From contig CAZSKP010000047.1 of the NCBI GenBank assembly GCA_964607485.1, forward strand, positions 1-21,383: a DNA stretch of 21,383 bases, read 5' to 3'. The stretch's first letter is position 1. The number at the start of each line of letters is the position of its first letter. Source of the stretch: an uncultured bacterium (lineage in GTDB: Bacteria; Abyssobacteria; SURF-5). The notes below the pieces were generated by a model that saw nothing but the letters and a program-made list of their open reading frames with translations, searched no databases and was not told the DNA's origin. The position numbers were made by a program, and so were the translations under genes. Shown here piece after piece: positions 9,525-18,057 of this stretch.

Positions 9525-10382
9525 TCAAACCCCCGGCGTCAAGCCCGATCCCGGGGGCGAAGCCGCGTCAACGTCCCGGATGTCGGATATCGCCCGGCGC
9601 ACCTCCTCCATCAACGATTCCTTGGTGTCGATGGAATATGCGGACGTATCGATGGGCCTGCCGAATGTCACCCTGACGGGGCCGGGGCAAATGCGCACCG
9701 TTGACTTCGGGAGGACATGATACGTGCCGTCGATCACGACCGGAATGACGGGCGCCTTCGCCTTCGTGGCGAGCACGAACCCTCCTTTTTTGAACGCGCC
9801 CAGCGAGCCGTCGGCGCTTCGCGTGCCCTCGGGGAATATCAGGAGCGGCATTCCGCCCCTCACCCTTTCGGCGGCCCTGTCGAGGCTCGCGAACGCCTGC
9901 TTTGCGTCGCCCCTGTCCACGCTCACATAGCCCGCGGCGGACATAATCCAGCCGAAGACCGGGATCTTGAACAAAGAACTCTTGGCCACTATCCTGAACT
10001 GTCGGGGAACCTCTTTCATCAATACCGGGATGTCGAAGTGGCTGTTGTGCGTGGACATGATGATGAAGGGACTGTCCGAGGGAATGTTTTCGCGTCCGCT
10101 GACCTCGATCCTCACGCCGCACGTCCAGAGCAGAAGGCGCGCCCACGTGCGTATGAACCAGTAGCCCGCCTCGCTGCGAGGCCGAAAAAGCATGACGATG
10201 AGGCAGGGCACTCCCAGGACGAAGGTGTAGAGGAATATGAGCGCGATATAAGCCGAGGCCCGGAAAAGCCCCGTGCGCTCAGCGTTGTCGGGACAGGCCG
10301 TCATGGGTAAGACTTTTCTTTCAGCAATCCTTCGGGGAGTTGAGACAGCGGACGTTCTCAGTACACTTCTTTCCTTTTCCAC
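9525..10382 (-). CDS. plsC: 1-acyl-sn-glycerol-3-phosphate (lysophospholipid) acyltransferase, PlsC family (start may be ATG 10304)
   Basis: HX4D motif HNSHFD, VAKSSLFKIPVFGW, IFPEGTRS, FKKGGF and PVIPVVI, plus an N-terminal hydrophobic helix. Confidence 0.88.
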   Translation of the reverse strand: MEKERSVLRTSAVSTPRRIAERKVLPMTACPDNAERTGLFRASAYIALIFLYTFVLGVPCLIVMLFRPRSEAGYWFIRTWARLLLWTCGVRIEVSGRENIPSDSPFIIMSTHNSHFDIPVLMKEVPRQFRIVAKSSLFKIPVFGWIMSAAGYVSVDRGDAKQAFASLDRAAERVRGGMPLLIFPEGTRSADGSLGAFKKGGFVLATKAKAPVIPVVIDGTYHVLPKSTVRICPGPVRVTFGRPIDTSAYSIDTKESLMEEVRRAISDIRDVDAASPPGSGLTPGV

Positions 10383-10798
10383 GAACCGCCCGCAAACGTG
10401 TAAACGATCTCGCGCTTGTTGGTACTTGCGAGGATGTAGTGACTGTCCCGTCGGCTCTCCTTCATGGTGGAGCGGCGTCGTGTTCGGTAGATGTTTTCGG
10501 TAAAGCTGAGCGTGGCGACATAGGGAGTATCGATGGAATTGGTGCGCCGCATATTCAGAACGGGATCGACTCTCTCGTGATATGTCCGGTAAAAGCCTCC
10601 CCCGCTCTCGTACACTTTGGGCTTCACTTTGCGCTGGTGGTACTTGTTGAACTGGTTGATTTCTCTGTACTCGACCTTCTTCAGGCTACGCCGTGCGCGA
10701 GCTTCCGCGCTGCATCCGGGCGCCACAATCAGCAAGGCCAGGCCCACGGCGAGAAGCGCCAGTCGTGCGCACTCTCTCCGGCTCGCGAGTGTGGCCAT
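10358..10798 (-). CDS. Hypothetical exported protein, possible lipoprotein, strongly basic
   Basis: ATG abuts the upstream stop (TAAATG) with GAGGA upstream. Signal-like stretch ARLALLAVGLALLIVAPG-C, then an Arg/Lys/Tyr-rich mature region. No family recognised. Confidence 0.7.
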   Translation of the reverse strand: MATLASRRECARLALLAVGLALLIVAPGCSAEARARRSLKKVEYREINQFNKYHQRKVKPKVYESGGGFYRTYHERVDPVLNMRRTNSIDTPYVATLSFTENIYRTRRRSTMKESRRDSHYILASTNKREIVYTFAGGSWKRKEVY

Positions 10799-11500
10799 TT
10801 ACCTATCCTCGTCTCCGCTCACCAGCAGCTCGATCCTCTCGTAGTATTTGTATTTCTTGAGTTTGACGGTCCCGGTCTTTTCGGGCGACCCCCCGTAGTG
10901 TTCCCCGATGCTTCCCATCCTCGCCGTCCCGAAATCGACCCGGTTGTCGAACGAGTCCCACGCCTGAAAATCCACCCGAACGTTGCCGTTCCAGTTGCGG
11001 GAGAAGACAACGAACACGAGGTCGTCGCCCCTCACGTACACATCTTTGAAACTCAACATCTCGCTCTTGCTCCGGGTGATTATCTGGGGCTGCGGGGCGG
11101 GTATCTCGGTCATCTTGTCGTATATGAAATAGGCGGCAAACACACCAACTAGAATGAGCGAAATGACGAGAACGATATTTTCTCGACGCCGAAACCGGCG
11201 GATCTGGGCAAACGCTTCGGCTCGGTACCACTCATCTTCCTCCGCCTCTTCCTCGGAGAGCGGCTCGCCGACCTCGACGTCGCCGTCCACCGGCTTCTGG
11301 ATGAAATCGTCGGAGGCTTGTGCATCGGCCCGTCCGGACGGCCCGCTTCGCACCGGGGAAGGAGTCTCCTCTTTGACGCGGATGTTCTTGAACCCGAATT
11401 TCACGAGCTGAGCCTTGACCTCCTGCTCATTCGCTGCGGTGGTGGAGCCGGTGACGACGCGTCCCTGCGCGTTGACGCCCTGATAATTAAATTTCTTCAC
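10799..11500 (-). CDS. Hypothetical single-pass membrane protein with PilC/GspF-like N-terminal domain
   Basis: 233-aa ORF downstream of a near-consensus promoter. The N-terminus FNYQGVNAQGRVVTGSTTAANEQEVKAQLVKFGF resembles T2SS-F/PilC N-termini. Then an acidic linker, RRFRRR, a TM helix (IVLVISLILVGVFAAYFIY) and a predicted beta-rich C-terminus. Confidence 0.75.
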   Translation of the reverse strand: MKKFNYQGVNAQGRVVTGSTTAANEQEVKAQLVKFGFKNIRVKEETPSPVRSGPSGRADAQASDDFIQKPVDGDVEVGEPLSEEEAEEDEWYRAEAFAQIRRFRRRENIVLVISLILVGVFAAYFIYDKMTEIPAPQPQIITRSKSEMLSFKDVYVRGDDLVFVVFSRNWNGNVRVDFQAWDSFDNRVDFGTARMGSIGEHYGGSPEKTGTVKLKKYKYYERIELLVSGDEDR

Positions 11501-11591
11501 TCACATTCACCTGCCGCACCCGTCGCGATAGCGGGCCCGAGCGAAAAAACACCGATAATGCAACGATCCTGAACTGCATATATCCCGTTGG

Positions 11592-11620
11592 ATGATAGCA
11601 CAATGGATGGGGGGTGTCAA
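11592..11620 (-). promoter_or_regulatory. Sigma70-type promoter for the hypothetical-hypothetical-plsC unit
   Basis: Minus strand reads TTGACA (11620-11615), a 17-nt spacer, then TATCAT (11597-11592), with an extended -10 TG (TGCTATCAT). It lies in an intergenic gap about 90 nt upstream of the 11500 start. Confidence 0.75.
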
Positions 11621-11678
11621 CCTGCCGGGGGAGCTTTTCGAGACGACCGAAGCCGGACGCAGAGCACGTCACGGCCGC

Positions 11679-14033
11679 CTAGGAAGTGGCAGGCTGATTG
11701 TGAGGGGAGGCTTTCAGAATCTCCCCTTCATCCTCAATTTCCTCATTCAGAGTGTATGCGGTGAAACGGCAGACCCCGTCCTCAAACTGAAGCAAAAGCG
11801 TTATACGATCTCGATCGTTTCCGGCGACTCTCCGGGGGTCATCGGGATTGAGACTGCCTTCTCTCAACTTGCCGCCGCTGCCGTCTATTATGTATTGGAT
11901 GCCCTTAATGGGAGAAAGTCGTTCATAAACATGACGGTGGCCGGCGAGCACAATGTCCACGCCGTGCTCCACAAAGATCGGTTCAAGAAGTTGAATCAAT
12001 GATGTATCGGGACGATGTCTCCTCGAGGTCGAATAAAGAGGATGGTGCATGGCGACAACCTTCCATCGGGCTGTGCTCTGACCCAGGGCTTGCTTCAGCC
12101 ATGCTACCTGTTCCGCATCGTCCACTATGGTGTTTGAATCGAGAAAGAAGACTTCGACGACGTCGCCCCCGAACACTTTCGAGTAGTATCGTCTCCCATG
12201 CATATTGAAATACGGATAGTGTATCTGGAAATCCATTTGCTCGTGGTTCAGGTCGTGATTGCCCAGGGCGGCGTAGAAGGGGACATGGTTGCTCAGGAGA
12301 GGCGCATAGGGTTTCTCGAAATATTCGCGATACGCGTCGGTAGGCTTTCCCCCGCCGTGCCAACCCACCACGTTGTCGCCCAGCAATATGATGCCGTTCA
12401 GCGACTCTTCTTGATCAACATGGTAGAGGGTCGACCCGATCATCGTCTGGACAGAGTCTCCGGTGCCTGCATCGCCGAGCGCCGCCAGGCGAATGACTCG
12501 GTCGGCGGTCGAGCCCTTGCAGAAGATCAATTTATGGTCGAAGGGAGCCTCGGCCATGGAGTAGCGTATGCCCCTCTTTTTCAGTTCCGGCAACACATTG
12601 TCCATCTTTCTTTCACGAACGAGAAACACATGTTCATACTGGGTCGAAGCGAGTTCGTCATACTCGTCTCCTATATATTCCACGAGAGAGAAGGTGGGCG
12701 ATGTTGGTTTTCCTTTATCCGTCATCAAATACTCCACGTTCGTGTCGCTATAGAAGGCCAGCCCGTCGTAATTCTCATGGATCAGGACGATCTCGTAGGG
12801 CTTGTCCCCCACCCGTTCCTGTATGGCTTCCCGCATCCCGTTCCACATGGCTCGGCTGTCTCTTTTCCAGGGCACATGCGCGGCGACGAATTTTGAACCC
12901 ACCAGAACGAGCACAAGAGCCGCCACGGCGACGCCCGGCGTTCCGCGCAGACGGAAGGCGGAAGAAGTCTTTTCCGGAAAATGGATGACCAGTCCGCGGG
13001 CGGTGGCCAGCGCGAGGGGCGCAAAAAGAGGCAGCAGGTAGAGCGGAAGCCTTGAACTTACCAGGCAGAATATGAGAAGGGGAACACCAAACCACATGAC
13101 GAGAAACAGACCGACCGGCCGTTCGCGCAGGCGCCTCCACCAGTCAAGTGTGAGGATACGAGGCCGGCTGCGCCTCAGGAGCACCGGCCAGGAGCACGCC
13201 CACGGCAACGCGCCGACCGTCAATATGGGCAGGTACACCTTGAACGGGCCGAGCCAGCCGGAGTTGCGCCTGTGCTCCCCGGTAAAGACTCGCCCGACAA
13301 ATTCGTGCTTGAAGAAAAATGAGAGCAAATCCTCGTGTTCTCGAACAACCGCCACGAACCACGACAGCGACACAACCACGAAAACGACCAGCCCAAACAC
13401 GGTCACGATCACGGGGAGCCGGTTCACTTTTCTCAGAACGAGGAGATAGACAAGAATCGCTCCAAGCGGCAGGAGGCTCGGAGGCCCTTTCGTCAAGAAT
13501 GCGAGACCGAAAAAGAACCACATGGCTACAGCCCACAGGGAACTCTTGAACACATGCTCTCGCCCCGACACACTCATCCAGAAACAGAGGACCGCGAGAG
13601 TCTCGAAAAAAACAAGAATGGTGTCCGTCGTGACCGCGTTGCCGGCGATAAAGGGCAGGACGGACGTCGCATACACTAGAGATGCCATCAGCCCTGTCCG
13701 ATCGTCCCACATCCGCTTGCCCATGAAGCCCACCATCAAGGCGGTGAGCGCAAAAGCCACCCCATGAAAAAATCGCGCCCCCCAATCGTTCCTGCCGAAA
13801 AGAGAGAGGCCCGAGGCAATCAACCAATAGGTCATGGGCGGCTTCGTGAAATGAGGTTTGAAATTTATCTGAGGTGTGACCCAGTCGCCGGTTTTCTGCA
13901 TTTCATAGGCGCATCGGACGTAGCGACCCTCATCGGGTTCCCACAGCCCTCTCGAACCTTGAAACGCAAAGGCAACAACCAGGACGACACCGATAACGGT
14001 CAACCAGGCCTTTGCGTAATTGCTATGCTCCAT
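11679..14033 (-). CDS. ArnT/GT-C family glycosyltransferase fused to a C-terminal calcineurin-like metallophosphoesterase
   Basis: N-terminal part: LWEPDEGRY, TKPPMTYW, TTD, LTKGP and many TM segments. C-terminal part (about 11679-12500): LGDAG, LLGDN, LGNHD, MHHPLY and AGHRHVY. ATG 14033 has AGAGAGG 7 nt upstream (the ORF track uses TTG 14051). Confidence 0.9.
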   Translation of the reverse strand: MEHSNYAKAWLTVIGVVLVVAFAFQGSRGLWEPDEGRYVRCAYEMQKTGDWVTPQINFKPHFTKPPMTYWLIASGLSLFGRNDWGARFFHGVAFALTALMVGFMGKRMWDDRTGLMASLVYATSVLPFIAGNAVTTDTILVFFETLAVLCFWMSVSGREHVFKSSLWAVAMWFFFGLAFLTKGPPSLLPLGAILVYLLVLRKVNRLPVIVTVFGLVVFVVVSLSWFVAVVREHEDLLSFFFKHEFVGRVFTGEHRRNSGWLGPFKVYLPILTVGALPWACSWPVLLRRSRPRILTLDWWRRLRERPVGLFLVMWFGVPLLIFCLVSSRLPLYLLPLFAPLALATARGLVIHFPEKTSSAFRLRGTPGVAVAALVLVLVGSKFVAAHVPWKRDSRAMWNGMREAIQERVGDKPYEIVLIHENYDGLAFYSDTNVEYLMTDKGKPTSPTFSLVEYIGDEYDELASTQYEHVFLVRERKMDNVLPELKKRGIRYSMAEAPFDHKLIFCKGSTADRVIRLAALGDAGTGDSVQTMIGSTLYHVDQEESLNGIILLGDNVVGWHGGGKPTDAYREYFEKPYAPLLSNHVPFYAALGNHDLNHEQMDFQIHYPYFNMHGRRYYSKVFGGDVVEVFFLDSNTIVDDAEQVAWLKQALGQSTARWKVVAMHHPLYSTSRRHRPDTSLIQLLEPIFVEHGVDIVLAGHRHVYERLSPIKGIQYIIDGSGGKLREGSLNPDDPRRVAGNDRDRITLLLQFEDGVCRFTAYTLNEEIEDEGEILKASPHNQPATS

Positions 14034-14095
14034 GAACAAGCCTCTCTGCAATTGTCTTGCTTCATAATGATAAGCGAACGGACTTCCTCTTTAGA

Positions 14096-14125
14096 AAGAT
14101 ATTCCTCTCTTATCTAACCTGTCAA
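14096..14125 (-). promoter_or_regulatory. Candidate sigma70 promoter for the ArnT-phosphoesterase fusion gene
   Basis: Minus strand TTGACA (14125-14120), 18-nt spacer, TATCTT (14101-14096), in an AT-rich gap about 60 nt upstream of the ATG. Confidence 0.5.
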
Positions 14126-14251
14126 GAATTCCTTGGCCAGTGCGACAGCGACTCCCCCAACAACTATTACACTATATAGCTGTGGGATGCAAACGTCGGG
14201 AGCAATCTTTCTCCTGTATCGCAATCCTCCTCGCTTGAAAGGTGACTTCAT
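14114..14251 (-). CDS. Putative 45-aa small membrane protein (not in ORF track)
   Basis: Hand translation: MKSPFKRGGLRYRRKIAPDVCIPQLYSVIVVGGVAVALAKEFLTG*. GGGAGAGG lies 7 nt upstream of the ATG. Basic N-terminus followed by a hydrophobic stretch. Confidence 0.35.
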   Translation of the reverse strand: MKSPFKRGGLRYRRKIAPDVCIPQLYSVIVVGGVAVALAKEFLTG

Positions 14252-14321
14252 AACAATACCTCTCCCATTGTGTGACGTTCAATGACGGCAAACACACGAA
14301 CAGGCGGCTCGAGCAGAGGCA

Positions 14322-16070
14322 TCAATCGTACGTCCCTGCCTCGGGCTCGGCGTCGGCTTTCTTCTTCGTCAGCAAAACGTATCTCCTTTTGTCTCTGATG
14401 AGATACTCGCTCTGCTCGAGCACCGTCAGCTCAAAGTCTGCGCGCTCGCGCAGGGCGATGTAATCCTGCTCGGTGGCAATCAGGTACGGGGAGTCCGTCT
14501 CGCTGAGAAATCGCAGTGCTTCATCGTGGCTCAAGAATCGGTCGTTCTTGCCCAGATAAAAGAGGATCGAGTTATTAGTCCGGCAGAATCTCAGATTCTC
14601 AGTTGACTTGATTCTCTCAATCACTTTAGCGCAGAACGCCTTCTTCTGCCCCCCGCTGAGTCTGATGGCGCTCGGGGAGAAGATTTCAAAATACATTGTC
14701 GTGTTGAGCCCGGCCGCAACCAGCATGACAATAAGGAGCGGCTTCGCCTTCCTTTTCAGGGCGAATGTCGCCCCGAGAATCGAAGCGGCGGCGAGCGGAA
14801 TGGCGGCCAGGAGGAAAATATGAGTGCGGCTCCTGAGTGTGTCTTGCAGCAGTCCCATTTCCTCAAAGCCGTGTGGAATGAGCCGAGCGACCGCCAGTAT
14901 CGGTCCCGCTCCTGCCAAAAGGAGGACCATGCCCGCAATCATCAAGAAGCTGCCACCGAGATACCCAAGCGACAACGCATGCGCAGAACGTTCCCACCGA
15001 CCGGTCTGGGGCTGTCCGACGAGATAAACCCAAAAGTGAGCGACAATCACCGCCGCCGCGGGGTAGAGAGGCAAAATGTAGTCGGGCCTCTTTCCCCTGC
15101 TCACCGAGAAGAAAACGAAGATTGTGAGAAACCACGCTATGGGAAAGAGAAGCGCGCCGCGCTCGGCCTCGTCTTTCGATTTCCAGTAATGCGCAATTCC
15201 CAGGGGCACAAACAGGCTCCACGGCAAGAACTTCCCGAAAAAATGTGGGATAAGATAGTAGAAAGGCTGTGCCTTCTCCGCTCGGGTGCCAATCCCGAGG
15301 AACCTGTTGACCATCTCATCGTAAACGACGATATCAAAGAACTCCCGCCCGCCTTTCAGCAATGCCGGCACGAACCATCCGAGCATTATCAGAAGCCATA
15401 TCGCAAGCCCCCATCCCAGCCGCATGGATTTCAGCCATTTCAGATCCTTCCTGAAGAAAAGGAAGACAAGGAGAGTCAAAAACGGCAGAGCTAACGCCAC
15501 CGGCCCCTTCGTAATCGAGCCGAGACCGATGGAGCCAAACGCGAGGACGCTGTAGATCGATTGTTGGGGACGCCGCTGATATGCCAGAAGGAAGAAATAG
15601 AGCGAGAGCGAGACAAAGAAGCAAAGCATCATATCCGTTCGCACGATGGAGGTCAGAGTCGTGAAATGATAGCTCAATATCAACACCAGTCCGGCGAACA
15701 CTCCCACCTCCAATGAGAAGAGCGTCTCGCCGACAAGGAAGGTGATAATAACCACCCCCAGCCCGCTCAGCACGGAGGGAGCCTTCACCGTAAGCTCGGT
15801 CACGTCTCCCCATGCGAGCGATATTGCGGCCGCAATCCAGTTGTACAGCGGAGGTTTGGTGGCAGGCTCATCGTCTTGTACTGTCGGCAGGAAGAACGAG
15901 CCGTTTTTCACAACATCTATCACATAAAGTCCCTGGGTGGACTGATTGCGGTTATCCATCTCGGAGGGCGCGGTGAGCCGCAACAGCACAACGACCGCGT
16001 AACAGACGAACAGCAATGCGAGCGCTTTCATCCGGCGCATTCCCGCTTCTCTGCTTATCGCTGTTCCCAT
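14322..16070 (-). CDS. ArnT/GT-C family glycosyltransferase, variant lacking the DE motif (start may be ATG 16040)
   Basis: TKPPLYNW, VRTDMML, ITKGPVAL, PFYYLIP, FLPWS and GKRPDYILPLYP; polytopic membrane protein. Confidence 0.88.
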   Translation of the reverse strand: MGTAISREAGMRRMKALALLFVCYAVVVLLRLTAPSEMDNRNQSTQGLYVIDVVKNGSFFLPTVQDDEPATKPPLYNWIAAAISLAWGDVTELTVKAPSVLSGLGVVIITFLVGETLFSLEVGVFAGLVLILSYHFTTLTSIVRTDMMLCFFVSLSLYFFLLAYQRRPQQSIYSVLAFGSIGLGSITKGPVALALPFLTLLVFLFFRKDLKWLKSMRLGWGLAIWLLIMLGWFVPALLKGGREFFDIVVYDEMVNRFLGIGTRAEKAQPFYYLIPHFFGKFLPWSLFVPLGIAHYWKSKDEAERGALLFPIAWFLTIFVFFSVSRGKRPDYILPLYPAAAVIVAHFWVYLVGQPQTGRWERSAHALSLGYLGGSFLMIAGMVLLLAGAGPILAVARLIPHGFEEMGLLQDTLRSRTHIFLLAAIPLAAASILGATFALKRKAKPLLIVMLVAAGLNTTMYFEIFSPSAIRLSGGQKKAFCAKVIERIKSTENLRFCRTNNSILFYLGKNDRFLSHDEALRFLSETDSPYLIATEQDYIALRERADFELTVLEQSEYLIRDKRRYVLLTKKKADAEPEAGTYD

Positions 16071-16085
16071 CCGGTCAATTTTCCG

Positions 16086-17729
16086 CTACGGCTGCGCTCC
16101 CGCCCGGCGAACGAGGACACAGAGAACGTCCCGACTGCCTATCTGAGCACGCGTGACGTCCTCGACTTCGTACGAGGGGCCGAGGTCTAACAGACTCCTG
16201 CGGCCCCACTCCTCAACGAGGAATACTCGTGGCGAATGGTCGAGTGCCTCCTTCACCTCCTCGTTCGATGTCAGGTTAGGCATTCGCCGATGCATGTAGT
16301 AATGAACATTCGGTTTATAATAATTGAAGAAGAACAGGCCGTCGCCTTGCTTCACCGAAGCGAGCACCTTGTTGCAGAACGGCTGTGCGGACTTAAACGC
16401 GTCGGCAACCGGATTCACAACGCCGAACACGACGGCCACCGTGAGGACCGTCGCCGCCACAACCCAGGCTAGGGCCGCCCTGGGAGGACGGTCGAGGCAT
16501 TGCCGGCACAGCACGGCCAGGGCGAGCACGGACGCGAGAACTCCCGCCGACGCGAACCAGATGTAGTCGCGCACATAGCGGTATGCGCCCACCTCAATGA
16601 CCACGAGCCCCACCACCGCCAGCACCAGGAGCGCTATCAGAGGGATTGAAAATTCCCTTCTCTCTCTGAGCCGGCCCTCATCCGGGTTCGAATTGGTCAG
16701 CGCCCAACCGAGGATCAACCCGCCCGCCGGAAGCAGGGGCGCAAGATACTGGCTCCGCTTGCCCGAGATAAGCGAGAAGAAGACGAACACGCTCAGGAAC
16801 CACACAACCAGGAACCGAAGTCCCCGGTTTTCCCTGATATTGCCTTTCCTCCTCACCGCATAAGCCGCTAACGGGAAGAAGACGATCCAAGGCAGGAACT
16901 CCCAAAGAATCTCGCCGAAGTAGTAGTGAAACGGCCGCCTGTGGGAATAGGACTGGAGGATTCGTCCCTCTGTCTGTTTCGCGAGGATCGCAAGCGAGCC
17001 GTACGCGCCGCCGCTTCTCTCATATGCCGCCCGCCACCACGGCACTACAAAAACTGCGATGATTACCAATCCGACGACCGTTGCCAGCGCAAACCATCCC
17101 AATTGCCTTCTCGCACCATCCTTGCGGAGGAAAATTTCGGTAAGCAAGAACGCCAGCATCACCACCACGGGCACGGCAATCCCAACCGGCCCTTTCGACA
17201 ATGCGGCGGGCACAAGGAACACAAATCCCGCGACATAGAGCAGAGGACGCCTGTCCGCATAGCCGACATAAAAGGCGATCAACGCGCCGAGGATGAACAA
17301 GGTCAGGAGCAAATCGATCACGCCGTCGCGTCCGAGCCAGAAGAACTGCGCGCTGGTCGCTAAAATGAGTGCGCCCGCAAATGCCTCCCGCCGGCCCAAC
17401 ATCTTGCTGCCGACAAGAAACGTCAGCAGCACAATGAGCGTCGCGGAGATCGCCGAGGGCAACCGGGCCGTCACCTCGGTCACATCGCCGGCGGGTTTCG
17501 ACAGCAGCGCAACAAGCCAGAAGTAAAGCGGCGGCTTTTCCGGATACACATCGCCGTTGAGATGAGGCACCACCCACTCGCCTGTTTCGAGCATCTCGCG
17601 CGCCACCTGCGCGTAGCGGGGCTCGTCGGGATTCCACAGGTCGCGCGCGCCGATCCGGAAGAAGAAGAGGACATAACAGATGGACAGCAGCACCGCCAGT
17701 TGAACCATCGTTGTGGGCTTCGTGCTCAA
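16086..17729 (-). CDS. ArnT/GT-C family glycosyltransferase (canonical motifs)
   Basis: LWNPDEPRYAQVAREM, YPEKPPLYFW, ARLPSA, VID, LSKGPVG, HRRPFHYY, FLPW and GKRSQYLAPLLP. TTG start at 17729 or ATG at 17708. Confidence 0.92.
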   Translation of the reverse strand: MSTKPTTMVQLAVLLSICYVLFFFRIGARDLWNPDEPRYAQVAREMLETGEWVVPHLNGDVYPEKPPLYFWLVALLSKPAGDVTEVTARLPSAISATLIVLLTFLVGSKMLGRREAFAGALILATSAQFFWLGRDGVIDLLLTLFILGALIAFYVGYADRRPLLYVAGFVFLVPAALSKGPVGIAVPVVVMLAFLLTEIFLRKDGARRQLGWFALATVVGLVIIAVFVVPWWRAAYERSGGAYGSLAILAKQTEGRILQSYSHRRPFHYYFGEILWEFLPWIVFFPLAAYAVRRKGNIRENRGLRFLVVWFLSVFVFFSLISGKRSQYLAPLLPAGGLILGWALTNSNPDEGRLRERREFSIPLIALLVLAVVGLVVIEVGAYRYVRDYIWFASAGVLASVLALAVLCRQCLDRPPRAALAWVVAATVLTVAVVFGVVNPVADAFKSAQPFCNKVLASVKQGDGLFFFNYYKPNVHYYMHRRMPNLTSNEEVKEALDHSPRVFLVEEWGRRSLLDLGPSYEVEDVTRAQIGSRDVLCVLVRRAGAQP

Positions 17730-17793
17730 GGCAGGATTACCTCACAGGCGGGGACGAGTTTGTTTTCGTACGATTCTGAGGATTTCTCCGTCA

Positions 17794-18057
17794 CTATATC
17801 GTTGCGCGTTTCTTGTATATCAGCATGAGATTACGAATGTACACGATGAAGCCGAACCCCTGGCCGAGCATGAACACGGGGTCACGGCGATAGGTCGCAT
17901 AAGCGAATAAGAGAGTGGTGCCGGTCAGGCTGATGTACCAAAAAGCTATGGGGATGACACTCTCCCGGCGCCTTTCCGAAGCAATCCATTGCACCAGAAA
18001 CCGTAACGAGAAAACCAACTGACCGAGGAAACCAACGCCCAGCCACACCTGATTCAT
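17794..18057 (-). CDS. Lipid-A-disaccharide synthase N-terminal (LAB_N) domain small membrane protein
   Basis: 87 aa with about 3 TM segments. Signature GFLGQLVFSLRFLVQWIASERRRESVIPIAFWYISL...RRDPVFMLGQ...YIRNL. ATGA overlap with the upstream GT2. Confidence 0.9.
   Translation of the reverse strand: MNQVWLGVGFLGQLVFSLRFLVQWIASERRRESVIPIAFWYISLTGTTLLFAYATYRRDPVFMLGQGFGFIVYIRNLMLIYKKRATI

Noticed and set aside
14240-14290. PHO-box-like GTCAT/GTCAC repeats upstream of the phosphoesterase fusion gene
   Set aside because: Half-sites are 10 nt apart rather than the 11 nt of PhoB boxes, and the flanks match poorly.
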